Shown here: positions 1 to 10,643 of the stretch, in pieces
Layout: every line of letters starts with the position of its first letter
Numbering within the stretch: the first letter of the stretch is position 1
Source: Chiloscyllium plagiosum
Lineage: Eukaryota
Length of the DNA: 20,000 bases
Assembly (NCBI RefSeq): GCF_004010195.1
Contig: NC_057718.1
Location: 25,860,671 to 25,880,670 of the forward strand
Reading direction: 5' to 3'
Translations under genes and position numbers: made by a program
The notes under the pieces: model-generated
Seen by the model: only the letters and a program-made list of their open reading frames with translations
Told to the model about the DNA's origin: nothing
The model's database searches: none

Positions 1-640
1 CAGTGGATAGCTCTTATCCTCAAGTAACCAAACTTGTATGGCATCCAGACCCTGAGACACACCAGGTTTACAAAAGTACTCCAGGATATGTGTTATGATG
101 GCTGCCAGGATAGTTGGCACACACACCCCAGAAGGTGGTAATGGTGATCACAGATCATTGATGAATGGAAGACTTTCTGTCGCTGAGTTAACCAGTGTTA
201 TGATGCATCACTCTCAGTGCCACATGTGGTATAGTTGAGAGCCCCTGCACCTGGAGTGGGGGAGGGGGGGGCAAGAGGTGCCAACTTTGTCCCAAATCCT
301 ACTCCCAGGCTGCAACACTGACAGCATCATGAGGAAAGTGTATCCATGTGATCACACGTAGTTAGCATCAGACACTGGCCTGATTCGATTGTTGATTCAA
401 AGCTGGTAGATCCCACATGGGTCACCCTTACGTATTGTCGGCAGATAGTTGCTTAGAAGTTTAAAATGGCTGTCACCTTCACAGTCATTAGGAGAGGATT
501 GCCTCCTGCTCCGACAGCCCTCAGGTCCTACTCCTCAACATTTGGCATAGTTCCATAACAATATCCTGGGCTATATAGAGCCTGCATTGACACGGTGCCT
601 CGCTCATCCTCAGGAAATGTCAGTGACAATACACCTTCTC
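1..640 (-). mobile_element. Decayed PIF/Harbinger transposase (HARBI1-like DDE nuclease), frameshifted, runs off the window's left edge
   Basis: Hand translation of the minus strand gives HARBI1-family motifs in the correct order: FLRMSEAPCQCRL..IVMELCQML, VKVTAILNF*AT, GDPCGIYQ..IRPVSDA, QVQGALNYT-HVA (GAIDCTHV), RK..FHS..ICDH, VCANYPGSHH, WLLEDKSYPL (LLGDxGYPL, nt 1-30). Multiple stops and frameshifts. Confidence 0.88.
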
Positions 641-1132
641 TTTAACCTCCCCTATCCTGGGAAGACCTGCAGCTTCAACCCCTCCCTGAGCTGTGTGCTC
701 CTTGTCCTCTACGCCATCCTGTTGCTGCTGCTCCTGAGCTTGCCTTTGGCCATGGTCCTCCTGTAGCCACCTTCACCATCTTAGATGGCAGCCACAGTGA
801 CTAACATCCCACCGGCAGCTGGACACTTGACTCTTGCTGGTACTGACCTATATTGGGAACATAAGGAGTAAAGCAGGGTCTTATCTCAATGGACAGTCAG
901 GGTGATACATCCTGCTGATGAGAGCTCTGTACAGTGCAACTTGCAGCACTCTGGTAATGAGGACCATGTCTCCGGATTTCATGCCATCTCAGCATCAGAT
1001 TTGTGCACCAACTTGCTGCACCAGCTGAGGGACCAACACAGAAAGGAAGTGCCTGGTGTGATCCAACTCCTCTTTCAGCCCAGACCCACATCAACTACGA
1101 AACGTAGCATTGCATTCAGCGGAGTCCATTGT

Positions 1133-1183
1133 TCAAGGTTGGTGTAAAGATTTGTAGCTCGGCGAACATACCCACAACCATGA
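1133..1183. mobile_element. 51-bp Penelope pLTR-derived micro-insertion with internal inversion and 11-bp TSD
   Basis: Exact direct repeat gagtccattgt at 1122-1132 and 1184-1194 flanks the insert. The insert reads as two opposite-orientation pieces of a shark Penelope terminus (gatttgtagctcgg / agctcggcgaac..cacaac) joined at shared agctcgg. Family assignment is from recall. Confidence 0.6.
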
Positions 1184-1787
1184 GAGTCCATTGTAATACT
1201 TACATGACCAGTTGATGTCTCAGCTCCTAACACCCAGTGCTCCCCTGCAGGTGGCAAAAGTTATGAGTCATTTTAGCACGAATTTGCTTCTTTTTTTAAA
1301 GTCATTGACGCTAACTTCACTATCATTGAGATTCCAATGTTCAATTTGTAAGGACCAATGGCATGTTGCAAATTGGCTTTGCACCCTCCTCAGTGATCCT
1401 CATACAGTGCCCTGAACTGAAATTGTTGTATTTGTCCCAGACCTCTGACTGATTTTGACTCCGGATGTGAGTGACCAGACCCCTGATTACTGACTTTGCA
1501 GCTCCCTGACTGACAGTTCGCCATTCCCCTGACGGTATGTGATAGCCCAATTCTCAGACTGTATTCGGACATTGTCCTGATCGTGACAGATCAGAAAGGT
1601 GATTGACTAAGGTCAAGCCCTTGAACTGTGTGTGTACTATACCGTGACTGATGGTACTGAAACCCCAGACCAACAGCATCCCTCTTTGATGAGTCTGAAA
1701 ACTAATGCCACCCACACTGTGACGTTGCCATTTGATTGAATAAAAATGCAATGTATTTGCTATATAAGCAGCTGGCACAGGCTGTAG

Positions 1788-2312
1788 ATCTACCTTTTCC
1801 ACCTTTTCCTCCGCTACATCGATGACTGTATCGGTGCCGCCTCGTGCTCCCATGAGGAGGTTGAACAGTTCAACACTGGCCCCACCCCCCACCTTTTCCC
1901 CCGCTACATCGATGACTGTATCGGCGCCGCCTCGTGCTCCCACGAGGAGGTTGAACAGTTCATCCACTTCACCAACACCTTCCACCCCAACCTCAAATTC
2001 ACCTGCACAGTCTCAGATTCCTCCCTCCCCTTCCTCGACCTTTCTATTTCTATCTCAGGCGACCGAATCAACACGGACATCTACTACAAACCGACCGACT
2101 CCCACAGCTACCTGGACTACACCTCCTCCCACCCAGCCCCCTGTAAAAACGCCATCCCATTCTCCCAATTCCTTCGACTCCGCCGCATCTACTCCCAGGA
2201 GGACCAGTTCCAAAAAATCACATCCCAGATGGCCTCCTTCTTCAAGGACCACAATTTCCCCCCTGACGTGGTCGACGATGCGGAATTATCCAGGGTTTCC
2301 AAACTAATTTAG
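1788..2312 (+). pseudogene. PLE reverse transcriptase fragment (catalytic YIDD to thumb), open frame lacking an upstream ATG
   Basis: This frame is absent from the ORF track: HLFLRYIDDCIGAASCSHEEVEQFNTGPTPHLFPRYIDDCIGAASCSHEEVEQFIHFTNTFHPNLKFT..LPFLDLSI..TDIYYKPTDSHSYLDYTSSHP..KNAIPFSQFLRLRRI..DVVDDA. PLE homology stops at 2281, and the frame ends at TAG 2310-2312. Confidence 0.92.
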
Positions 2313-2452
2313 TTGTAAAACCCTTGGGACTGTCATGAATGCAGGTTTTACAGACACAATGTCTCCTCTTGCTGTCTCTGTAGTACACTACCACTATTGT
2401 GATTCGATTAAACAGACCTGGGAAATCATCTGAATTATCATTTGTTTTAAGG

Positions 2453-2521
2453 CACCCACCACCCTCTGCCAAAAAGACTCTTTTCCCTCACATCCCCTCT
2501 AAAACCTCTGCCGTTCACCTT
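2453..2521 (-). mobile_element. Short CR1 LINE fragment inside the non-PLE filler
   Basis: cacccaccaccctctg..aaaaag..cctcacatcccctctaaa..tcacctt is visibly homologous to the CR1 copy at about 4436-4500. Confidence 0.6.
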
Positions 2522-2563
2522 GAGTCAACGATCCCAGGTTTTCGAACTCTCTGGTTGGGTAGC

Positions 2564-2797
2564 CACCCTGTGGCTCCACATTTCAATTCCCCCTCCCACT
2601 CCACCAAGGATATGCAGGTCTTTGGATTCCTCCATCGCCAGACCACAACAACATGATGGTTGGAGGAAGAGCGCCTCATCTTCCGCCTAGGACCCCTCCA
2701 ACCACAAGGGATGAACTCGGATTTCACCAGTTTCCTCATTTCCCCTCCCCCCACCTTGTCTCAGTCTAATCCATCGAATTCAGCACCGCCTTCCTAA
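2564..2797 (+). pseudogene. C-terminal part of PLE GIY-YIG endonuclease
   Basis: HPVAPHFNSPSHSTKDMQVFGFLHRQTTTT*WLEEERLIFRLGPLQPQGMNSDF. Internal TGA at 2654-2656, likely CGA>TGA. Confidence 0.85.
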
Positions 2798-2948
2798 CCT
2801 GCACTCTTCTTCCTGACCTCTCCGCCCCCACTCCAGTCTGACCTATCACCCTCACCTTGACCTCTTTCCACCTATCGCATTTCCGACGCCCCTCCCCCAA
2901 GTCCCTCCTCCCTACCTTTTATCTTATCCTGCTGGAAACACTTTCCTC

Positions 2949-2984
2949 ATTCCTGAAGAAGGGCTTATGCCCGAAACGTCGATT
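2949..2984 (+). ncRNA. Minimal type-I hammerhead ribozyme motif in PLE pLTR
   Basis: attc-CUGAAGA-A-GGGC(UUAU)GCCC-GAAA-CGUC-gatt. The catalytic core is complete, stem II is 4 bp, and the ACGU palindrome replaces helix III. Predicted cleavage is after GUC (2980). This matches the minimal hammerheads known from PLE pLTRs. Confidence 0.8.
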
Positions 2985-4238
2985 CTCCTGTTCCCTGGAT
3001 GCTGCCTGACCTGCTGCGCTTTTCCAGCAACACATTTTCAATTCTGATCTCCAGCATCTGCAGACTTCACTTTCTCCTGTAATCTAAGATGGGCATCTCA
3101 GTGTGTTGGACAGCAAGATATCCTCCTCTCTGGATGGATTCCTACTGCCAAGCATTGCAAATGAGCAGATTAATATGGCAGTGCTGATAGCCCTGAGGCT
3201 CAGGCTGAAGAACTAACATGCATAGTATGCACAGCAAGACATGGCATGGGTACTGTAAGTATATAGGTTGATGCTAAGTGAGCAAGCCCAAGTATACCAT
3301 GTGAGTGACCTTGAGATACAGCCTGGTTCTATCCATTAGCTGGATGTCTGTCCTTGCACCAGCCTTTCATGGCTAGTTGCCAGTGCATGTTTAAATGTAG
3401 CTCTGCACTTCCTAAGCATTCGGCAAATGGATCAGTGAGGTGCCATGAGAATCCTGAGGGACTGGCATTGATCAGATGTCAAGGTCTGTGGATGAGAGGT
3501 GTGTGCAGTTGGTGCTTGTGGATCACACCCACAATTGCTGTTATGTGTTGAGCAACCAGGAGGCTCACTGCAGCTAGTAGTCACCAGGTCCCTTCTCGGA
3601 CTTCCATGTCGAGAATTCTCAGTGTCTAGTATGCGCCAAAAGGCAAGGACAAGAAGATGCATAGTAATGAGGTGAGGTGAGCAGTTAATAAGGTCGTTGA
3701 CAATTAATAGTTTGTCCTTAATAGGCAACTTGCTGTTGCCAAGCGAGGATCTCGCCTGAACACCTGGAACTTTGTTAACAGATGCAGTGAGTTATTCCCG
3801 ACTTTGAGATAGGCCTTGCTGGACTTCTTGTGTGATTCTGCCACATTTCTCAGGCTAGTCCATGTTTTCAGGACCTGATAAGATTTTACTCGGTGTTTCT
3901 GATGCAATGTATAAAATACAGCAGCCACTTTTCAGAAGGCATGTTCCTACAGTGTGATGAAGACGGCATAATCTGATTTAGTGAATGACTTCATGGTGAC
4001 CTGCGCCCATTTCTTGTGCAGTGTTAGTTATGTTGGTTTAAAGCAGAGCAGCAGAGGATGTAATGTTTTTACTCACTCGGACGTTGGTGTGTGGCACTGC
4101 TTCTCAAGCATTTCCTTACCATGACCCATTTCGAGGCTTGAAATTCTTTACAAGCACTTAGTGAGAATGGCGAGAGCTGTGGAGTGGGGGCTGTGAAAGC
4201 AGGTGTCTATTAGAGTGAGACTATAACTGTTATAATGC

Positions 4239-4530
4239 ATAGAACATAGAACAGTATAGCACAGGTCAGAACCTTCAAACCAACATGTCTGTGCCAATGT
4301 CAATACCATTCAAAACTAATTCTATCTGCCTGCATTTGGCCCATCTCCTTCTATTCCTTGCCTATATATATATATGTCTCTTAAACATTGCTATTGTATC
4401 TGTTTCTATCACCTCCCCGGCAGCATGTTCCAGGGACCTACCACTCTCTGTGTAAAAATTTGCCTCGCACATCTCCTTTAAACTTCCTCCTCTCACCTTA
4501 AATCTGTGCTCCCCGGTATTTGACAATTCC
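4239..4530 (-). mobile_element. CR1 LINE 3' fragment
   Basis: Tail repeat atagaacatagaac (minus strand (TTCTATG)n) followed by typical CR1 3' UTR/ORF2-end sequence. Confidence 0.75.
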
Positions 4531-5361
4531 AATTCGGTCGTAGTTCAAGGCAGGCTGCACTATCCTGGAGTTTGTGACCTCAGAGTATGAGCTCATGGCC
4601 CCTGTTTGTGGTTCCCATCCCCATTTCGGAAAATCCTAGCATGTGATCTCCAATCAGTGCTCCACACATGTGTGTTGTGGCCTCTTTCATCAATGATACG
4701 TTATTGAAGCAGCTGGACACATCATAGAAGGGACCTAACCTGCTCAGCAAGCATTTATCTGCTATAAATAGTCTCAAACATCTGAGTCCACAGATGGTGA
4801 TAATACTGGAGGAGGTGTTTTCATCCCCTTGCCATGTATTATCTCTTCCAATTCTTCTTGGACCTCATCATTCTGCACTGTCATGCTCAGCTAATCAATC
4901 TCCATGATCCCCTCATACTTTATAGCTACACTCTCCACCTGAGTCGTTGTAAATTGGTTGCAACAATTCAAGACCTGAAATGGTGACATAGTGCCAGGGG
5001 AACTGCTGTTTGAAGACATTATTGGAATATTTGACTTTATTCCTGTGCTACGCCCGTGAAGACAAAAAGAGGAACAAACACAAAATAAAATGTTGCTTGA
5101 CCAGTCACCTCTGTCCCTTCTTCTATCATGTTTAATATTGTCCATCAACATTACAAGGATCAAAGAAGGCTAAGAACAATGAATTATTGGCTGCCCATGT
5201 TGCCATCTCCTGTCACCCCGATTATCTTCCTTCTTTGCAGTTTATAACCCCTTCTTCAAATCTCTTGATGGTGGATCTTTACTCAAACCTCTGGTGGTTT
5301 TAGCTTGTTTTCTGTTAAAATCTCTTGTATCTAGGGGAAGGAGGATAATGAGATTTCTATT

Positions 5362-6320
5362 ATAGAATATAGAACCTTACAGTGCAGTCCGGGCCCTTTG
5401 GCCCTCGATATTGCTCTGATCTGTGGAACCAATCTGAAGCTTATCTATCCTACACTCTTCCATTTTCATCCATATATTTTTCCAATGACCATTCAAATGC
5501 CCTTAAAGTTGGGGAGTCTACTACTGTTGCAGGCAGGGCATTCCATGTGCCTACTACTCTCAAGAGTAAAGAAACTACCTTTGACATCTGTCCTATATCT
5601 ATGACCCCTCAATTCAAAGCTATGTCACCTTGTGCTAGCCAGCACCAACCAAGGAAGAAGGCTCTCACTGTCCATCCTGTCTAACCCTCTGATTATCTTA
5701 TATGTCTCAATTAGGTCCCCTCTCAACTTTCTTATCTCTCATGAAAACAGCCTCAATTCCCTGAGCCTTTCCTTGTAAGAACCTCCCTCCATACCAAATC
5801 ACCTCTGAACCCTTGCCAAAGCTTCCACATCCTTCCTATAATACGGAGATAAAAACTTCACGCAATATTTCAAGTGCAGTTGCACCAGAATTTTGTACAG
5901 CTGCAACATGACCTTGTGGCTCTGAAACTCAATCCTTCTACCAATAAAAGTTAACACACTGTATGCCTTCTTAACAACCGTATCAACTGGGAAGCAACTT
6001 TCAGGGATCTATGTACGTGGACATCGAGATCTCTGTACATTTACACTTCCATGATCTCCAGCATCTGCAGACCTCACTTTCTCCTTCTTAACAACCGTAT
6101 CAACTGGGAAGCAACTTTCAGGGATCTATGTACGTGGACATCGAGATCTCTGTACATTTACACTTCCAAGAATCTTACCATTAGCCCAGTACACTTTATT
6201 CTTGTTGCTCCTTCCAAAGTGAATCACCTCACATTTTTCCACATTAAACCCCATTTGCCACCTGTCAGTCCAACTCTGCAGCTTATCCCTCTGTAACCTA
6301 CAACATCCTTTGGCACTGTC
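5362..6320 (-). mobile_element. CR1 LINE 3' ~0.9 kb (ORF2 C-terminus)
   Basis: Tail atagaatatagaac. Minus-strand translation VKKAYSVLTFIGRRIEFQSHKVMLQLYKILVQLHLKYCVKF matches the CR1 motif LYKTLVRPHLEYCVQFW. Confidence 0.88.
5966..6168 (+). repeat. Perfect 86-bp direct duplication (5966-6051, 6083-6168) flanking a PLE pLTR 3' tip (6052-6082/6085)
   Basis: The two copies are identical by eye. The spacer plus 3 nt, tgatctccagcatctgcagacctcactttctcct, matches the PLE end at 3045-3078 at 33 of 34 positions. Confidence 0.95.
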
Positions 6321-6559
6321 CTATTCCTATTGCATAGGAATATTAGAATTCTGAGACTCAACAAGAGAAAAGTCCATCTAATGTAAAGTCAACTGTTCAG
6401 GTTGTCTTATAATAAAACAATAGTGATATTGACTAATTATAGCACTTGATCTCCAACAATTACTGTACAACAAACCAGGATAACTTTCCTAATGGAGGGC
6501 TTAGGAACTGTAGGTCCGAAGTCACCCTTTTTGTCAAGCATGTTACGTTTACTACACCT

Positions 6560-7500
6560 TGCTCATGTATTATATCCTGAAAAGCTATTCTCTGAAACAA
6601 GTTATCCAATATGTATTTGATTAAATCAATGTAACTGATCTTTCCTGTGTTAACCGTTCGCTGACTAAAATATTGCTTGAATGGATTTGTTTGAGTTTGC
6701 TGTCCTTCCAGAAGAGGATGTGTCCTTTCGTCCCACTGTTCCAAACAAGATTAAGTAGCTTGTGATGGTCTGCATTATCTTGTACGTTTAGAATCCTAAA
6801 AACAGCAATCACCTTTCCTTCACTTCAGCAGTGATAAGATATTCAATTTGCATAATCACTCATCATAATCCAAACCTTCCATCCTCTCAATCATTATGAT
6901 TGCTGTCTTTTGTATCCTCTGCATTGCTACAATATGCTCTTCATGTTGCCTGAACAGAATTGCTCACAGTATACCTAGGGCATACTGATGAATTGTGAAG
7001 TCGCAGGATTTGCTCACTATTTCAATTCAATATTGACCTTTTGTCTCAACACTCGATTTGCTTTATTTGCTGCTATCAAGCTTTGTTGTGATGGCTTCAA
7101 CTTATTGTTGATCAAGATCCCAGTTCTCTCCCATTTTTCATGCATATTATTTTCATAAATTTAGATATCATTCCATTCCTGGAGTGTTTGTCTCCAAGTG
7201 GAGAACTATTTGTTTCTCTAAATTGAATTTCACCTGTCAACTGTCTAACCACTTCACATGTACATATTAAAATAGTTTTGTACTCTGTAGCTTATCCCAT
7301 TCATAACACCTCCAGGATTAGCCATTGTACTTGTGACTCCTGCCTCCAGATAAGATCTGACAAAAAGCTTATCGGCTGTTGGACAATTACTACTATCAGC
7401 AAATCCATTTCCCTTGTAACCTTTCCAAGCTTTCTTCTTGTTTATCTTCTTCTAATGAACTAGCACAATCTGTCTTGCTGCATCCTTAATGTTCTGAAAT
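6560..7500 (-). mobile_element. Ancient, highly decayed CR1 LINE (RT to ORF2 C-terminus)
   Basis: Minus-strand remnants in order: FADS (~7400), YCEQFCS..IVAMQRIQKTAIIMIERMEGLDYDE*LCKLNILSL, IAVFRILNVQDNAD..GTKGH, KQYFSQRTVNT. Confidence 0.75.
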
Positions 7501-9687
7501 TAAAGTTCATTACACTCTGTGTATTTTTTTCCAATTTTTTTTCTTAGCATTCTGAAACTTTGGAACTCCTGACCATCACAAGTCCCTCTGTCCATCACAA
7601 TCTTTAAGCCTTTATAACATACTTTTGGTGCCAATTTTATCTTGTTCTCTTTTCTAATGTTCTTAGTCTTGGCCTTTCAAATTGATTTTGTTCATTAAAA
7701 AGCTTACATTACCAATCCAAAGTCACTTAACCTTTTGGCAAAACATGCACATTATTAAGTTACCCAGTCTGCCGCAGCAGCGTATGAACACCTCAATCCT
7801 CAAGCATCACAGATATGACATTTAAGGGCACTGTTGATTTTTTTTTTAACTTCCATTAACCCTACATCTGATGTGATGGAATAGGTAGCCAATATTATAA
7901 GACCATGTTTCAGTGACTTATTTTTTAAGATTCTAACACGCACGTATTGTAAAAGGTAAGAAAAATAAGTTATTGTGAGATATTGTCAATATTATTACAA
8001 TGATGTGCTGATCAGAAAATTTGGATGATTTTCAGCCAGCGAAATAGTGCCTCAAAGCATTCATTCAGTCAAACCATATAAACAACAGGGAATTGGCTGA
8101 GTTTGCCTCTTATTGTAATTAAGCACACTAAAGTAATAGAGAAAATGTGCAGAGTGGTTCATGCTCTGTTAGAGGTGTGATTTATTACTGAACTCTTTTC
8201 CTCTAGTTAGTAACAATGAGTAATTGACTCTGGTGCTTACGTGTTCAATGAGTTGTTATAGTGTCCCTAAATATAACTAGGTCTAGTGATTTAGTTCTTA
8301 GACCTATCCTGAATATTATTAAAGCTGTTGTTGCTAATATTCTATCCAGTCAGAATGAATGTCATTATTCTTTCTGGTATTGAGAAAAGCTGAATCAATT
8401 GCCTGAAGTCCACCATGCAGGAACTGCCCAAAATTTTAAAGAATAGAGGGTTAATTTTCACTGCCTTCACCTGCTGTTAGCATTTGCAAAATGAGGTCAA
8501 TAATCTTACTACCTCCTTAATAGAGGTAATGCACCCAACTCCAGTTATGCAAAAGGCCTGCAACTCAGTGTCAAAAGTAGATGTCTGTTTCAGTTAAATG
8601 CCCAACTGTAACTGGTGTCCTCTAACATAAATGGGATGCAAGTTGTCATTTTAGACCCAGAACATTTAATCCATATGAGCTACATGCCAACTGGTTCAGA
8701 GTGACGGAGCTGAATAGACTTGCTAAAGGTTGCAAAGATAATTATTCTTGGCCCCAGTGGAGCAGGAGAGCTCCTTTATTTGAATAAAGATTTTAGATCA
8801 AGATATCCTCAGATAAATGGTTGTCCAAGCAATGGGAGGTGTGATACAGAGCCTTGATTTGGTGCTTGTTGGAAAATCCAAGTGGAAATAGAATGAGGTG
8901 TGAACCCACATGAATTGCTTACCTTCAAACTTCAGTGCTGGTCAAAGCCCCATTCATCACCTGGAGGTGTTCCTTCACGCAATCTTATATGAGTACCTCA
9001 CATCTTATTTAACTGTATGCTGTGTGCAATTTTCACCACTAGATTATAGACACCTCATTCTACTGGATCCAGCTGCAAGTCAGTGGCCTGTGTAGACTCA
9101 GTGTCACATATGAGTGATATGGCAGAAATGAGCAGTTCTGCTGCAGTGGGTCCAGATGGCAGTGGATGTAGACTATCCAGTGGCTGCCTGTGTGGCCTAA
9201 ATGAGCAGACTGCCCAAGAAACTATGCCTGCACTGGAGCCTACTGCTAGTCAAATTCCTGATGTCATTGCTGTGAGAAAAGGATGTCCCTGTCTCACATT
9301 GGTTCCTGCTCAAATCCACAGAGAGGAACCTCACATTGCATGTTGCTAGATTAGATTTATAAGTTTGCATGACATACACCTATACCAGGGAAATTGCAGT
9401 GGTAGCAAGACATCAGCTGTAAAGGCCATAACGTTTTATTTCCTTTGGTTTTGCATTGTGGATTAAGAAAGGAAGATACTGTTTTAAAACAAGGAGACTG
9501 TGCAAAGAATTATCTGCTCAAAAAAAAACATGTTTGCTGGACCATGTGCGTTGTATGTAATGTAGTTTAATTTTGGAACAGTGAGAGCAAAAGCAGATAG
9601 CATTGAGCCGATGGGGTCTGAACTTGGAGACAATTGCCTGACATTCCTGTTTCAATTGTTCTGGACTAGGTAACCATAGCTTGCGTG

Positions 9688-9871
9688 ATTTGGAGATGTC
9701 GTTGTTGGACTGGGGTGTACAATGTTAAAAATCACACAACGCCATGTTATAGTCCAACAGGTTTATTTGGAAGCATTAGCTTTCGGAGCACTGCTCCTTC
9801 ATCAGGTTCACATCCACCTGATGGAGCAGCACTCTGAAAGCTAGTGCTTCCAATTAAACCTGTCGGACTAC
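9688..9871. mobile_element. PLE pLTR-only insertion, inverted pair (second PLE family)
   Basis: Arms 9750-9807 and 9816-9870 are reverse complements around an 8-nt loop. TSD agcttgcgtg (9678-9687) / agcttgtgtg (9872-9881), one CpG-type mismatch. Confidence 0.85.
9774..9808 (-). ncRNA. Minimal hammerhead ribozyme motif
   Basis: Minus strand reads CUGAUGA-A-GGAGC(AGU)GCUCC-GAAA-GCUA, with an intact core, 5-bp stem II and AGCU palindrome. Stem I is degraded. The plus-strand twin at about 9815-9846 has lost 3 core nucleotides. Confidence 0.7.
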
Positions 9872-10643
9872 AGCTTGTGTGGGACCAGTGTGATATACTG
9901 CAAAGCAAAGTTTCAAAAATCTCTTTCGGTATCTTGCTCCTCTGTGGAGGTAACAGAAAGAATCCAGTAACTGCTCCCCCTGACATATCGCTGCAAATTT
10001 CCATTTTGAAAGGAAATAGGGAAAGTCATCTTCAGAGACTCTGAAGGGGAAAATTCTCAATCAATGAATGAGAGACAGTGTCGGTATGCAAACAATCTTA
10101 TCTCAACAACAAAGAGCTCACGGAAACTGGGAGAAAGCAAAAGAAAACAACTCATTCAATCTTGTGGTCCAGACTGTTGTTTTGAACTCTGTTTCCCTGA
10201 TCGTTCTTTCTTTATCCATCCTTAATATTCATGTCTCATCTATCATTGTGTTTCTGTCTTTTTCTGAAGGATGGATATTTAAGAAGCGGTAGAGTTTAAG
10301 TTACAGAGTTTTACGTTAGCATTTGTATTTCCTCACTGATATATATTAAAGATGATCTGTTCATTCAAAACAATTACTTCCTTGTTAAGAACAGAAATGT
10401 GGTGAAGACTCTCCTTCCAGAGTCTATCAGGCAGATAAATTGTGAACTTTTGAGTTATTTGATTGTTTGGTTTTTCACATCCGTGATGACTGCACATATA
10501 GTGGGGTTCACTTAAGTAGTGCATGAGTAGTGTACAAGAGAAAGATGCAAACACGCATAAAATTTATTGCACATAAAATTGTGGTGGTTTTTGATTGTGT
10601 CATGACTTCGTCCTTAAAAGGGAATGGCACAGTACTGGTTATG

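Larger units (their letters stand above)
1793..3076 (+). mobile_element. 5'-truncated, internally rearranged Penelope-like retroelement (PLE)
   Basis: Contains an RT C-terminal region, a GIY-YIG C-terminal region and a pLTR with a hammerhead. Near-perfect TSD: ctgtagatcta (1782-1792) versus ctgta-atcta (3077-3086). Confidence 0.9.

Noticed and set aside
253..271. G-run suggesting a G-quadruplex
   Set aside because: It is a simple homopolymer expansion inside the dead transposase and has too few separate G-tracts to be meaningful.
1822..2307. 161-aa Ser/Pro/Thr-rich ORF, and antisense ORFs 1554-1985 and 2055-2252
   Set aside because: These are alternative-frame and antisense shadows of the C-rich PLE RT frame. 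The real frame is 1788-2312.
4363..4375. (TA)n microsatellite
   Set aside because: Short and ordinary.
4550..5160. Minus-strand ORFs 4580-4777 and 4891-5163
   Set aside because: No recognisable motifs and lengths within chance expectation.
9083..9349. 88-aa plus-strand ORF in a GC-richer patch (~8450-9430)
   Set aside because: No recognisable domain or convincing splice context. Possibly a decayed DNA-transposon remnant, but no TIRs or motifs could be supported.
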